Part shown: positions 9,984 through 19,617 of the stretch, piece by piece
How the letters are laid out: each line of letters starts with the position of its first letter
Position numbering within the stretch: the stretch's first letter is position 1
Assembly (NCBI GenBank): GCA_020059915.1
Contig: JAGVBB010000003.1
Coordinates: 233,625-297,624 of the forward strand
DNA: 64,000 bases
Direction: 5' to 3'
Source: Minisyncoccota bacterium
GTDB taxonomy: Bacteria > Patescibacteriota > Minisyncoccia > UBA6257 > GWB1-50-10
Notes under the pieces: generated by a model
What the model was told of the DNA's origin: nothing
The model's database searches: none
Seen by the model: the letters and a program-made list of their open reading frames with translations, nothing else
Made by a program: the position numbers and the translations under genes

Positions 9984-10565
9984 TTACGGATTTGTTGACC
10001 ACTCATCACTTCCATCAACTAACATTTTCACATCTTGTATTGATGGAAATTGTTTCGCTGTTGCTTTAATTTGGGATATTACACCAGCAAGAGCACAAGA
10101 TCCACCCATAAATGGGGGTCTATTGAACTCAATAGTTAATATTCCATTTTCTAAATTTACTGAATTAATATGCAACCCAATTTCCTTAGGAATGGCACTT
10201 ATATATCCATCTCCACGCTCGCTCTCGGTTGGACCAATAATAAGCTCTTGAAGTGCTTGATGTGCAACACCGGGGACACGTTCCACTTTTCGCAAGACAG
10301 GAAACACTCTCCCACATTCAATAAGGTTCGGATCATTCGCTAACTTTGGGTTCTGAAAAAAAACAGAAATCTGCATAACATCCCCAGATCCACCAATAAG
10401 ATCATCATTGGAAGTATTATTTCTATGAGAAATTTCTACAAGTGCATTTTTTTCTGCAGTAAGACGATTTTCGTATCGAGAAATAGCGATAAACCCGACG
10501 CACAAAATCAACAAGATAATTATGAACAGTGTAATACGTTTTTGTATATTAATTTTTTCTCTCAT
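9984..10565 (-). CDS. GerMN domain-containing membrane-anchored protein
   Basis: N-terminal TM; ALQELIIGPT, GGSC...QI.ATAKQFPSI..V. Confidence 0.85.
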   Translation of the reverse strand: MREKINIQKRITLFIIILLILCVGFIAISRYENRLTAEKNALVEISHRNNTSNDDLIGGSGDVMQISVFFQNPKLANDPNLIECGRVFPVLRKVERVPGVAHQALQELIIGPTESERGDGYISAIPKEIGLHINSVNLENGILTIEFNRPPFMGGSCALAGVISQIKATAKQFPSIQDVKMLVDGSDEWSTNP

Positions 10566-10956
10566 ACTGTTTTTTTAATAGTTCCTTAATCTCGGTGATA
10601 TCACCCTCAACTTTTTCAACTTTTCTGCGTAAACGACCAAGATCGCTCTCCTCCCCCTTGAGTTCCTCCTCGGTTTTTTCTGCAATCTTTTTTTGCGATT
10701 TAAGTCCAGAAATTAATATCTCATTTCCAATGAATGAAGAGACAAAGACCCCCGTCATAAGAAGAATAATAACGCTTAACAATATTGATCCGGGACCAAA
10801 AAGCGATGGAAACAACTCAGCTGTTTCCCAAACACCCTTCCAGAAAAGAACAATACCAATTCCACCAACAAACGCATACAGTATAGGAAAATGGCTCAAT
10901 GCACCACGTACGTGGTCTTCAAGTTTGTCAAAAAAACGTATTACCTTATGAATCAT
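10549..10956 (-). CDS. Hypothetical membrane protein with C-terminal coiled coil
   Basis: Two TM segments (YAFVGGIGIVLFWKGVW; SILLSVIILLMTG) and a charged tail. Confidence 0.75.
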   Translation of the reverse strand: MIHKVIRFFDKLEDHVRGALSHFPILYAFVGGIGIVLFWKGVWETAELFPSLFGPGSILLSVIILLMTGVFVSSFIGNEILISGLKSQKKIAEKTEEELKGEESDLGRLRRKVEKVEGDITEIKELLKKQYERKN

Positions 10957-11025
10957 ATATACATTTATCCTATCATATTTTTATATATGAGTATTTCCTC
11001 TATGTTTTCTAAATAAAAAGAACCC

Positions 11026-11280
11026 TCACCTTGAGGGTTCAAATTCCTTCTTCATTTTTTTGTAGTCTTCCCAACAGGTGTAACCACCACAGGGAAATAA
11101 TGAACATCCAATAGAAAACGCTAGGGAGAATACTATTGATCTCCAATCAAGATTATGAAGAACAACTACATAAAATGAAAGAAAACTGATAATTGGCAAA
11201 GAAACAACAAACATTACGATAAAAAGAATTGCCATTTCCTTCTCCGACTTCATTCTTTTAAAGCTTTTATATTTTGTCAT
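11026..11280 (-). CDS. Small hypothetical membrane protein
   Basis: Two TM segments; AAGGGG SD-like motif; TTGCAC-17-TATAAT upstream. Confidence 0.55.
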   Translation of the reverse strand: MTKYKSFKRMKSEKEMAILFIVMFVVSLPIISFLSFYVVVLHNLDWRSIVFSLAFSIGCSLFPCGGYTCWEDYKKMKKEFEPSR

Positions 11281-11311
11281 TTCTGACCCCTTTTAAATTG
11301 TTAATGGTATT

Positions 11312-11340
11312 ATTATACCACATTATTCAGAAAAGTGCAA
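11312..11340 (-). promoter_or_regulatory. Sigma-70-like promoter TTGCAC-N17-TATAAT
   Basis: Read directly on the minus strand upstream of 11280. Confidence 0.6.
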
Positions 11341-11401
11341 TAGTTAACATAAGACACCCATTTTGACCCATAAATACTATCCTTTTCACATTTCCTCAAA
11401 A

Positions 11402-11463
11402 AGATTCCTACTTTCGCAGGAATGACTAAATCTCTAAAGTTATTACCGTGAAAGTAGGAATCT
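11402..11463. repeat. Inverted pair of REP/dRS3-like palindromes
   Basis: AGATTCCTACTTTCGCAGGAATGAC at 11402-11426 and inverted GTTATTACCGTGAAAGTAGGAATCT at 11439-11463. Confidence 0.65.
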
Positions 11464-11485
11464 ATATATAAGCAATCAATGGAAT

Positions 11486-12721
11486 TTATCTCTCCATCAT
11501 TTTTTTAGCTCGCAATTCTTTGTGATATTTAATAGCAAATCGATGTGCCTCATCGCGAACAAAAATAAGTGTTTTTTCTGAAACTCCCTTCGGGATACTT
11601 CCGATAAACTCGTTTTTGTCTCTTTTTTCCCCTTTTGCAATTCCCACTATAGGAATTGTTATTCCCAATTCCCTTAATGTTTTTATTGTCTCGTTCACCT
11701 GCGGTTTACCCCCGTCAATCAAAATACATTGAGGAAATTCCCACTCAGTGTGCTTAAATCTTCGTAATAAGACTTCGCGTAACATTTTTACATCATTTGG
11801 CCCCTCAACTGTTTTTATTTGAAATTTTTTATACTGACTTTTTACTGGCAACCCATCCACAAATACCACCATACTCCCCACTGCAGAGGTCCCTGAAATA
11901 TTTGAAATATCATAGCCCTCGATTCGCTGTGCCCCAATTTTCAATTTCGAACCTTGCCTACCGGCAGGCAGGTTTTCAATTTTCAATTTATCTTCTGAGA
12001 TAAGAGCGGTGTCGCGAATGTGTGTAAGTGCAAAAATTTGTTTTTTTAATTTATTTGCTAACTCAAATTCCATCTTCTTGCTCGCCTGTCTCATTTCTCT
12101 CTCAAGTTCACCAAGAATAATATCTTTTTTTCCTTCAAAAAATAAGATAAGTTTTCTTATCATTTTTTTATATTCAATCGAATTAATTTCTCCAATACAG
12201 ATTCCTGGACACAGCCCAATCTCATATTCAAAACATGGTTTTTTATATGCACCAATTTTTGCTCCCTCGTGAATATTCCATGGAAAAATCTTTCGCAAAA
12301 TTCGCAATGCTTCCCGAATGCTTGATGCGGAAACATATGGACCAAATACTATTCCATTAATTTTTGAAAGATCCTTTCCGCGAACCAACAAAACACGTGG
12401 GAACAATTCCTTGGTTACTACAACAAACAAGAAACTTGTATCGTCTTTTTCCCGAATATTAAATGGCGATTGATGTTTTTTAATAAGCGCTGATTCTAAT
12501 ATAAGGGCTTCAAGTGCAGAACCTGTTTCTCTTGTTTCAATTAAATGAATTTGTGAAACCATTTTTTCTATACGCGCATCATGTGGACGCAAAAAGTAGC
12601 TTGAAACACGGCGTTTCAAGTTTCCTGCTTTTCCTATATATAAAATCTCCCCATTGGCATTTTTCATAATATAAACGCCGGGATTTTCTGATATATGCTT
12701 GTATAATTCACTCTTCACCAT
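11486..12721 (-). CDS. uvrC: Excinuclease ABC subunit C (short form) with an in-frame repeat-derived insertion
   Basis: GIY-YIG (PGVYIM..YIGKA.NL..RV.SYF), UVR domain, RIEGYDISNISG, ILIDGG.PQ, RDEAHRFAI; no C-terminal HhH. Confidence 0.95.
   Translation of the reverse strand: MVKSELYKHISENPGVYIMKNANGEILYIGKAGNLKRRVSSYFLRPHDARIEKMVSQIHLIETRETGSALEALILESALIKKHQSPFNIREKDDTSFLFVVVTKELFPRVLLVRGKDLSKINGIVFGPYVSASSIREALRILRKIFPWNIHEGAKIGAYKKPCFEYEIGLCPGICIGEINSIEYKKMIRKLILFFEGKKDIILGELEREMRQASKKMEFELANKLKKQIFALTHIRDTALISEDKLKIENLPAGRQGSKLKIGAQRIEGYDISNISGTSAVGSMVVFVDGLPVKSQYKKFQIKTVEGPNDVKMLREVLLRRFKHTEWEFPQCILIDGGKPQVNETIKTLRELGITIPIVGIAKGEKRDKNEFIGSIPKGVSEKTLIFVRDEAHRFAIKYHKELRAKKMMER
11952..11972. 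repeat. 21-nt palindrome CCTTGCCTACCGGCAGGCAGG inside a heptamer array (11936-11991) in uvrC
   Basis: Encodes LPAGRQG; flanked by AATTTTC/AATTTCG units. Confidence 0.85.
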
Positions 12722-12817
12722 ACAGGAGCATTGTACAACGAGTACAATATCCTTGCACGAATATGTATTTTTTGATTGTATAAGTAAAGAAACATTTACA
12801 AATTAAGAGAGGTATAT

Positions 12818-13432
12818 ATGAGAGGCAAGTTTACCCTTATTCTCGGCAACATGTTTGCGGGGAAAACAGAAGAATTAATAAAGAGATTACGACGCGCAGA
12901 AAAACACGGACAAAAAACAACGCTCGCATTCAAACCAACAAAAGACACCCGTAGTGGGACTGGATTATTAAAAACCGCAGAAGGAGATGTCTTTCCTGCA
13001 ATTGATATACCAAAAGGTGAAACTTTTGAAATTACTAAAAAACTCAAACTGAAAGAATGGGAAATTGGAAAGAAAATTGATGTTATTGCTTTCGAGGAAG
13101 TACAATTTTTTCCAGAATCAATTTACCAAACAATTGATTATCTTCTTAGTCTTGGCTATGAAGTTATCGCAGCAGGGCTAAAGCTTGATTTTAAAGGTGA
13201 ACCGTTTGTTTCAAGTACGTCGCTGTTGGGTCTTGTGGAAACAAATTATGATTTATTACTCCTTACATCCTGCTGTTCTGTGTGCGGGAAAGAGGCACAG
13301 CTTCCCCAAAGATTAGTTGATGGAAAGCCAGCAAAATATAATGATCCTGTTGAGTTTGTTGGTGGTGCAGAATCGTATCAACCACGTTGTCACGAACACC
13401 ATATAGTTCCAGAAAAACCTCCATATGCATAA
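12818..13432 (+). CDS. tdk: Thymidine kinase
   Basis: GNMFAGKTEELI, FKP..DTR, GL.LDFKGEPF, C..CG...VGGAESYQPRC..HH. Confidence 0.92.
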   Translation: MRGKFTLILGNMFAGKTEELIKRLRRAEKHGQKTTLAFKPTKDTRSGTGLLKTAEGDVFPAIDIPKGETFEITKKLKLKEWEIGKKIDVIAFEEVQFFPESIYQTIDYLLSLGYEVIAAGLKLDFKGEPFVSSTSLLGLVETNYDLLLLTSCCSVCGKEAQLPQRLVDGKPAKYNDPVEFVGGAESYQPRCHEHHIVPEKPPYA

Positions 13433-13434
13433 TT

Positions 13435-13467
13435 AACCCCGCTAGTCTATGGATTAGCGGGGATTTT
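13435..13467. terminator. Bidirectional hairpin (repeat family, copy 2)
   Basis: CCCCGCTAGTCTATGGATTAGCGGGG between convergent tdk and patatin genes. Confidence 0.7.
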
Positions 13468-14339
13468 TATTCATCATCAATTCCGTAAAATATAAGATCA
13501 AAGAACGATTCAATGGGTTTCTTTTGGGGAGGAGTAATACCGGTTTTTTTATATATTTCTTTGAGATGCTCTTTTATCTCTTTGGTTCCGCACTGTATAA
13601 TTTCTCTTCCAAATTCAAAATCATTCCACTTATATTGGAGTACCGGCGGGTTCAATACAACATCCGCATCCTTTAATATATTTCTTGCAAGTTGATACTC
13701 AACAATAGAAAGCGCATGGGGAAGCATTGAATATACCTTCATTGGATTTATTGATTCTTTTTCAAGATTTATCCACTTACTTGATACATCAATTGCAACG
13801 ACACACTCTGCCCCCATACTCCTTACCACATCTGCTGGCACTGGATTAACAAATCCCCCATCCATAAGCACCCTCCCATTGATACGCGTCGGGGGAAAAA
13901 CAAAAGGAAGTGCCGTAGATGCTTGAATTGCCTGAATAATATCTCCCTCACGCAAAATAATTTCATCACCCGTCTCTACATCTGTTGCAACTGCCGAGAA
14001 AGGAATTTTGGTGTCTTTAATGTCTATTCCCTTTATTTTGCTTTCAATTCTATCAAGTAAACTATGTTTAAATATTTCCCCATCCTTCTTTCGCATCATA
14101 TGGGTTGCGGGAAAAATATCATCTTTTTTAATTGAGGTAAAAAAATCTTCCAAAAACTGTATATCTCCCGTTATAGCATAAAACCCACCAATAAGAGCTC
14201 CCATACTTGTCCCAGAAATAAAAGAAATCTCAATTCCTAGTCGTTCGAGTTCTTTAATAACACCAATATGAGCGAGTCCCTTTGCTCCACCACCACCCAA
14301 TGCAAGACCAACCTTCTTTTTTTGCTTTACCTCTATCAT
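13467..14339 (-). CDS. Patatin-like phospholipase
   Basis: LALGGGGAKG.AHIG, GTSMG nucleophile elbow, DGG; start moved to ATG 14339. Confidence 0.93.
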   Translation of the reverse strand: MIEVKQKKKVGLALGGGGAKGLAHIGVIKELERLGIEISFISGTSMGALIGGFYAITGDIQFLEDFFTSIKKDDIFPATHMMRKKDGEIFKHSLLDRIESKIKGIDIKDTKIPFSAVATDVETGDEIILREGDIIQAIQASTALPFVFPPTRINGRVLMDGGFVNPVPADVVRSMGAECVVAIDVSSKWINLEKESINPMKVYSMLPHALSIVEYQLARNILKDADVVLNPPVLQYKWNDFEFGREIIQCGTKEIKEHLKEIYKKTGITPPQKKPIESFFDLIFYGIDDE

Positions 14340-14410
14340 TACTATTAGTGTAACAAACAAAAAGAAAACTCTAAATACTAACGTTTAGAAATTAGAATTT
14401 TAATATTATA

Positions 14411-16924
14411 TTAGAGAACCTTCTTTAAATATTGTCCGGTAAAACTAAATCCTTTTCGTGCAACATCTTCTGGGGTCCCTGCAACAATAATTTCTCCTCC
14501 GCGTTCCCCTCCCTCTGGACCAAGATCAATAACCCAATCTGCTGACTTTATTACATCAAGATTGTGTTCAATGACAACTATGGTATTCCCCCTATTCACT
14601 AATCTCTGGAGAACTTCAAGAAGTTTTTGAACATCGGCAAAATGCAAACCAGTGGTTGGCTCGTCCAATAAATATATAGTCTTGTGTGTATCCCGTTTGC
14701 CAAGCTCTGCTCCAAGTTTTATACGTTGTGCTTCACCACCGGAAAGTGTGGTTGCCGATTGTCCCAACTCCAAATATCCCAACCCAACCTCATCAAGTAT
14801 TGCAAGTCGATCATGGAGCCATGGAATGTCCTCAAAAAACACTACCGCTTCTTCTATAGTCATTTTGAGGACCTCATAAATATTCTTTCCTTTATATTCA
14901 ACCTCAAGTGTCTCGCGATCAAATCGTTTTCCCTTACATACATCACACGTTACGTACACAGTCGGCAAAAAATGCATTTCTATCGCAATAACCCCATGTC
15001 CCTCACAGTTTTCACAGCGCCCCCCTTTTACATTAAAACTGAAACGCCCAGGTTTATACCCTCGTATACGAGCATCCTCTGTAGCGGTAAATAAATCACG
15101 AATGAATGTCCATGCACCCACATATGTTGCTGGGTTTGATCGTGGGGTCCTCCCAATCGGCGACTGATCAATATTAATAACACGATTTATATATTCAAAC
15201 CCATGCGCACTCTTATATCCCTGAACACGGTAGCTTGAACCATTATATTTGTTAGCGAGCAACTTATATAAAACATCATATAATAATGTTGATTTACCAG
15301 AACCAGAAACACCTGTTATCGTAGTAAAGCGACGTAATGGAATATCAACATTGATATTTTTTAAATTATTTTCAACAAGACCACGCAATTTTAAATAGTC
15401 ATGATCTTTTGTCACCCGCCGACGAGTTTCTGGAATTGCAATAAATTCCTTTCCACGAAGATAATCAAGTGTTAATGATGATTGTTTTTTATCCTTTAAA
15501 ATATCTGGTAGTGGACCGGATGCTGTTATTTCCCCACCATGCACACCAGCACCAGGACCAATATCTACAAGGTAGTCCCCCGCACGAATAGTGTCTTCAT
15601 CATGTTCAACAACAATAACAGTATTTCCAAGATCCCGAAGATTTTTTAATGTTTGAATAAGTTTTTCATTGTCTCTTTGGTGTAATCCAATAGTTGGCTC
15701 ATCAAGAACATATAATGCCCCCGTAAGACGCGAGCCAATTTGGGATGCAAGACGAATACGTTGTGCCTCACCGCCAGACAATGTTCCCGCCCGACGCTCA
15801 AGCGTGAGATAATTCAATCCCACATCTAAAAGGAACTGAAGGCGACTCCTGATTTCTCGGAGTGGGACTTCTGCAACCTCCCGAAATCGAGCGTTTTTTG
15901 TTTTTTCCACCTTCTCAAAAAATGCTATTGCCTCCTCCACGGAATACCCAACAACCGTTGCTATATTTTTTTCCTGTATCAATACAGAAAGTGCTTCCTT
16001 TTTTAATCTCTTGCCACGACACACTTCACAAGGTTTTTCAGACCAAATACTTTCTGTCCCCAAACCATTACATGCTTCACATGCTCCAAAGGGACTGTTA
16101 AAAGAAAACAATCTTGGTTCTATCTCTGGAAAAGAACATCCATCATTGGGACAGGTAAATTTTGCGGAAAGTGAAATCTCTGTATGAGTAATTACTGTCA
16201 CCACATCACCACCATATTTCAATGCTTGTTCGATTGCTTCTGCAAGACGTAATCGGTTATCTTTATTTTTAAAATCAAGTGTCCCAGGAATTCTATCAAT
16301 TACCAAATCAATGGTATGTTGTTTGTAACGAGAAAGTTCTATTTTATCTCTCAATGAATAAAATTTCCCATCGACACGGACCTCTGAGAATCCTGCGTTT
16401 AAATAATCGTAAAGCATCTGATAATATTCTCCCTTTCTCCCGCGCACCACGGGGGCAAGAAGAACAAGATTTTTACCAGTATTATTTTCTTTTGCAATTT
16501 GTATTACCAAATCAACAATTTCTTCGCTTGTTCGTTTTTCAATAAGATGCCCACATTCAGGACAATGTGGTTTCCCTGCACGGGCAAAAAGCACACGGAG
16601 ATAATCATAAATTTCCGTTATAGTTGCAACCGTTGATCGTGGATTTGCTGAATGACTTTTTTGATCAATTGAGATTGCTGGAGAAAGCCCCTCAATTTCA
16701 TCAACATCTGGCTTATCCAATTTTCCCAAAAATTGGCGTGCATATGCAGAAAGCGATTCTATATATCTCCTTTGTCCCTCTGCAAAAATAGTATCAAACG
16801 CGAGTGATGACTTTCCTGAGCCAGAAAGCCCAGTAAATATAGTCATCTTCCCTCGAGGAAGTTCTAAATCAATATTTTTTAAATTGTGCTCTCGTGCTCC
16901 TTTTATTTTTATTTTGTCGTTCAT
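14411..16924 (-). CDS. uvrA: Excinuclease ABC subunit A
   Basis: Two ABC ATPase halves ([30 protein letters not shown]), zinc fingers. Confidence 0.98.
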   Translation of the reverse strand: MNDKIKIKGAREHNLKNIDLELPRGKMTIFTGLSGSGKSSLAFDTIFAEGQRRYIESLSAYARQFLGKLDKPDVDEIEGLSPAISIDQKSHSANPRSTVATITEIYDYLRVLFARAGKPHCPECGHLIEKRTSEEIVDLVIQIAKENNTGKNLVLLAPVVRGRKGEYYQMLYDYLNAGFSEVRVDGKFYSLRDKIELSRYKQHTIDLVIDRIPGTLDFKNKDNRLRLAEAIEQALKYGGDVVTVITHTEISLSAKFTCPNDGCSFPEIEPRLFSFNSPFGACEACNGLGTESIWSEKPCEVCRGKRLKKEALSVLIQEKNIATVVGYSVEEAIAFFEKVEKTKNARFREVAEVPLREIRSRLQFLLDVGLNYLTLERRAGTLSGGEAQRIRLASQIGSRLTGALYVLDEPTIGLHQRDNEKLIQTLKNLRDLGNTVIVVEHDEDTIRAGDYLVDIGPGAGVHGGEITASGPLPDILKDKKQSSLTLDYLRGKEFIAIPETRRRVTKDHDYLKLRGLVENNLKNINVDIPLRRFTTITGVSGSGKSTLLYDVLYKLLANKYNGSSYRVQGYKSAHGFEYINRVINIDQSPIGRTPRSNPATYVGAWTFIRDLFTATEDARIRGYKPGRFSFNVKGGRCENCEGHGVIAIEMHFLPTVYVTCDVCKGKRFDRETLEVEYKGKNIYEVLKMTIEEAVVFFEDIPWLHDRLAILDEVGLGYLELGQSATTLSGGEAQRIKLGAELGKRDTHKTIYLLDEPTTGLHFADVQKLLEVLQRLVNRGNTIVVIEHNLDVIKSADWVIDLGPEGGERGGEIIVAGTPEDVARKGFSFTGQYLKKVL

Positions 16925-17045
16925 AATAATAAATAGATAAGTTAGTATATGTACACAGAAACTTCCCCAGTTCCAAAGATACTAGGGATGTACAAGACAA
17001 GAATACAGGCAAACAAATTCATTAGCAAGTTTGTATATAAATAGC

Positions 17046-17073
17046 ACCCCACCAGTCTATAGACTGGTGGGGT
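17046..17073. terminator. Hairpin (repeat family, copy 3)
   Basis: ACCCCACCAGTCTATAGACTGGTGGGGT downstream of 17097..19445. Confidence 0.65.
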
Positions 17074-17096
17074 TACGGATTGCGCTCGCTCAACAT

Positions 17097-19445
17097 TTAT
17101 TTTTCCCTCTTTAATGGAAGTGGAAATACTAATTTTCTTTTCCCTGATCTATGTGAAGAAATAACATATGCAATATAACAAAGGAACAAGAAGATAAATG
17201 AACTTATAACTGCAATGGTATTGTCTTGAGTTGTGAGAGAAACAAGGTTTGCAAACATGAGACGTGCCTTTCCAATATTTTGAGAAACAGTTGCAACATG
17301 TGCACGAGTTTCATACAAACCTGTTTTATATTCCGAAAGTTCTCGAAGCCCACTAAATGAATTGGTATTAAATACACCAAAACCTGATTGTTTCACATTA
17401 AATATGAGTGTTGCAAAATGTATTGGGTCATCAAATCCAGCATGCGACGCAGTTTTAACAAGTCGTCCATCTTTTTGATTATCAAAATTGTATATTGGAT
17501 CAAATTCTGGAACCCATCCATCCCCGTATTCTATTTCATTAAGCTCCAATGTGTCGGTAGGATAATCTAATTCCAAATGTGCTCCGTATTTTATTGATTC
17601 ACCTGGATGCGCAGTAAGTACTACTATTACCTTTTCCTCACTAGGAAGATAGGTGGCATTTGGAGAAATAGAAATAATTGATGTGTATGGTCGCGCTGTA
17701 TTTATAACTTCATAACGTGGAACAATTATGATTTCTGGTGGAGGTATTACCCTATTAGGAATCTCTAAGATGATTGAATCAGAAACCGGGCCAGCAGTAC
17801 TTGATGAGTCATTTCTGAATTTTGCATATACTATTTTATTTCCGTTTCCAGAAATAAGAACCCATTGAGTACTTGATGCAAATGGCTCCCATCGTGCTCC
17901 ATTAAAATCATTGGAATTGGAAAGCATCATTTCATCTGCATTCACTGCAGTAAGTGAAAGAGTTACTAGTGTGCTTTCTGTCTTTTCTGCTCCATTATTA
18001 ATAAGAACTGATGGAGAACTAATACTTGTTGGGGACCCACCTCCGCCAGAAGCACTTCCTCCACCACCTCCTCCCCCGCCTCCGCCACCACCAGATGTCG
18101 GTGTTGCGGTAACAAATACAATTGATGAATATTCACCTATAGTGTTCTGAACACGAACGCCACACCAATATTTTGTTCCATTCAAAAGACCTGATATACG
18201 CGTTCCTTGGCGAGTCCCAGGAATTGGAAGCGAAACACCTTGTACCATTGATACACTAGTGAAATTTGACGCGTTTAGTTCAGTAGAAGAACATCGCACA
18301 TCAAACAAAGATGTATTGATTGATGTTGGGGTATTCCATGCAAGATCAATAATTGTTGATCCTGGATTTGCGGTAAGGTTGGATACTGGAAGGATGCCAT
18401 TTGCATCAGAAGTAACTTGCGTAACAGTAAGCGTTGAAACGCGCCCAACCACATTTACCGTGCGTACCGCAAAATAATTTATTGTTGAAGCAACATTAGA
18501 AACAGTCATTGATTGTCGTGTCCCAGGAATTGGCAATGGATAGTTTTGAATTTTTTCTAACGAAACTGCATTTGAATCAGTAATGGTATTTTGACTCGCA
18601 AATACATCAAATACGGAGAGTACAGAGTTTGTTGGTGTGTCCCAGGAGAGAGTCACCGTTGTTCCGTTTTTCACCGCGGTAAGATTTGTTACTGGTGTTG
18701 GATCAGCAATCGTTCCCCCGCCTCCGCCAGATCCTCCACCCGTTGTTTGTGTAGAAATATATGTAATAGAAGATGCTTCACCAACTACATTTACGGTACG
18801 AATTCCAAAATAATATGTGGTACCCGCTTGCAATCCATCAACGCGAACGCCTTGCTGTGTATTTGAGATTGGCAACGGAACGCCCGCAATAGACGGAGCA
18901 GATGAGAATGTGAGATTTGTCATTTGATTCGTACTGTAATGAATATCAAACTGGGAAAGCACGGTTGATGCCGGAGTATTCCAACTGAGATCTACATAGG
19001 TAGATGCTGGAGTTGCGGTAAAACTGGACACGGGAGTTGGTGGTGGTGTCACCGACCCACCTCCCCCGCCACCCGATCCACCACCAGAGGACTGGGTAGT
19101 CGCTGATGTATATGAAATATACGTCGCACCAATCGTATCAATAAACTTGTATGCAAAATAATATGTTGTTCCTTCATTCAATCCGGAAATTGATACAGAT
19201 TGAGATGTGTTAGGAACAGACATTGGCATTGAACTATATGATTGCGCAGAAGAAAGATTTGAATCATGTAATGCGCTTGTGGAATAGAATATTTCGTGTG
19301 AAGTAATATCTGTATCAGTAACCCAAGAAAGAGAAATTGAATTTTCTCCTGTTGTTGATGCAGAAAAAGACACAGGTGCGGCATATGTTACGGGCACAAG
19401 TGTAAGTAAACCAACAAAAAATGCTAGTACTGAATATTTTTTCAT
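17097..19445 (-). CDS. Surface protein with four FN3-like repeats, poly-Gly linkers, Ig-like and cohesin-like domains, C-terminal TM anchor
   Basis: Signal peptide; repeated LSW...YST...GL..GTTYYF; INNGA..T...VTL...VYAKFR; hydrophobic C-terminus followed by basic residues. Confidence 0.82.
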   Translation of the reverse strand: MKKYSVLAFFVGLLTLVPVTYAAPVSFSASTTGENSISLSWVTDTDITSHEIFYSTSALHDSNLSSAQSYSSMPMSVPNTSQSVSISGLNEGTTYYFAYKFIDTIGATYISYTSATTQSSGGGSGGGGGGSVTPPPTPVSSFTATPASTYVDLSWNTPASTVLSQFDIHYSTNQMTNLTFSSAPSIAGVPLPISNTQQGVRVDGLQAGTTYYFGIRTVNVVGEASSITYISTQTTGGGSGGGGGTIADPTPVTNLTAVKNGTTVTLSWDTPTNSVLSVFDVFASQNTITDSNAVSLEKIQNYPLPIPGTRQSMTVSNVASTINYFAVRTVNVVGRVSTLTVTQVTSDANGILPVSNLTANPGSTIIDLAWNTPTSINTSLFDVRCSSTELNASNFTSVSMVQGVSLPIPGTRQGTRISGLLNGTKYWCGVRVQNTIGEYSSIVFVTATPTSGGGGGGGGGGGGSASGGGGSPTSISSPSVLINNGAEKTESTLVTLSLTAVNADEMMLSNSNDFNGARWEPFASSTQWVLISGNGNKIVYAKFRNDSSSTAGPVSDSIILEIPNRVIPPPEIIIVPRYEVINTARPYTSIISISPNATYLPSEEKVIVVLTAHPGESIKYGAHLELDYPTDTLELNEIEYGDGWVPEFDPIYNFDNQKDGRLVKTASHAGFDDPIHFATLIFNVKQSGFGVFNTNSFSGLRELSEYKTGLYETRAHVATVSQNIGKARLMFANLVSLTTQDNTIAVISSFIFLFLCYIAYVISSHRSGKRKLVFPLPLKREK

Positions 19446-19492
19446 CTGTCAAATTCTACACTATATCAACAAAAAAGTCAAGCTTTCCTCAC

Positions 19493-19546
19493 ATACACAT
19501 CTTATTTGCAGACTTTAGAGATTTAGTCTGCAAATAAGATGTGTAT
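19493..19546. repeat. Perfect 22-bp inverted repeat with 10-nt loop
   Basis: ATACACATCTTATTTGCAGACT-ttagagattt-AGTCTGCAAATAAGATGTGTAT. Confidence 0.85.
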
Positions 19547-19589
19547 ATTCATTTTTAGTGTGCAATCATCAATCGTTAAGAATAATAAA

Positions 19590-19613
19590 AATCCGCCCCA
19601 ATTGGGGCGGTTT
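19590..19613 (-). terminator. Rho-independent terminator
   Basis: CCGCCCCAATTGGGGCGG hairpin after the stop of 19618..21294. Confidence 0.7.
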
Positions 19614-19617
19614 CTAT

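Noticed and set aside
12818-13432. tdk pseudogene because Walker B reads FEEVQF instead of IDEAQF
   Set aside because: Conservative change; P-loop, catalytic Glu and zinc site intact and ORF full length
11486-16924. Short uvrC and uvrA as pseudogenes
   Set aside because: No frameshifts, catalytic motifs present; compact forms are plausible in reduced genomes
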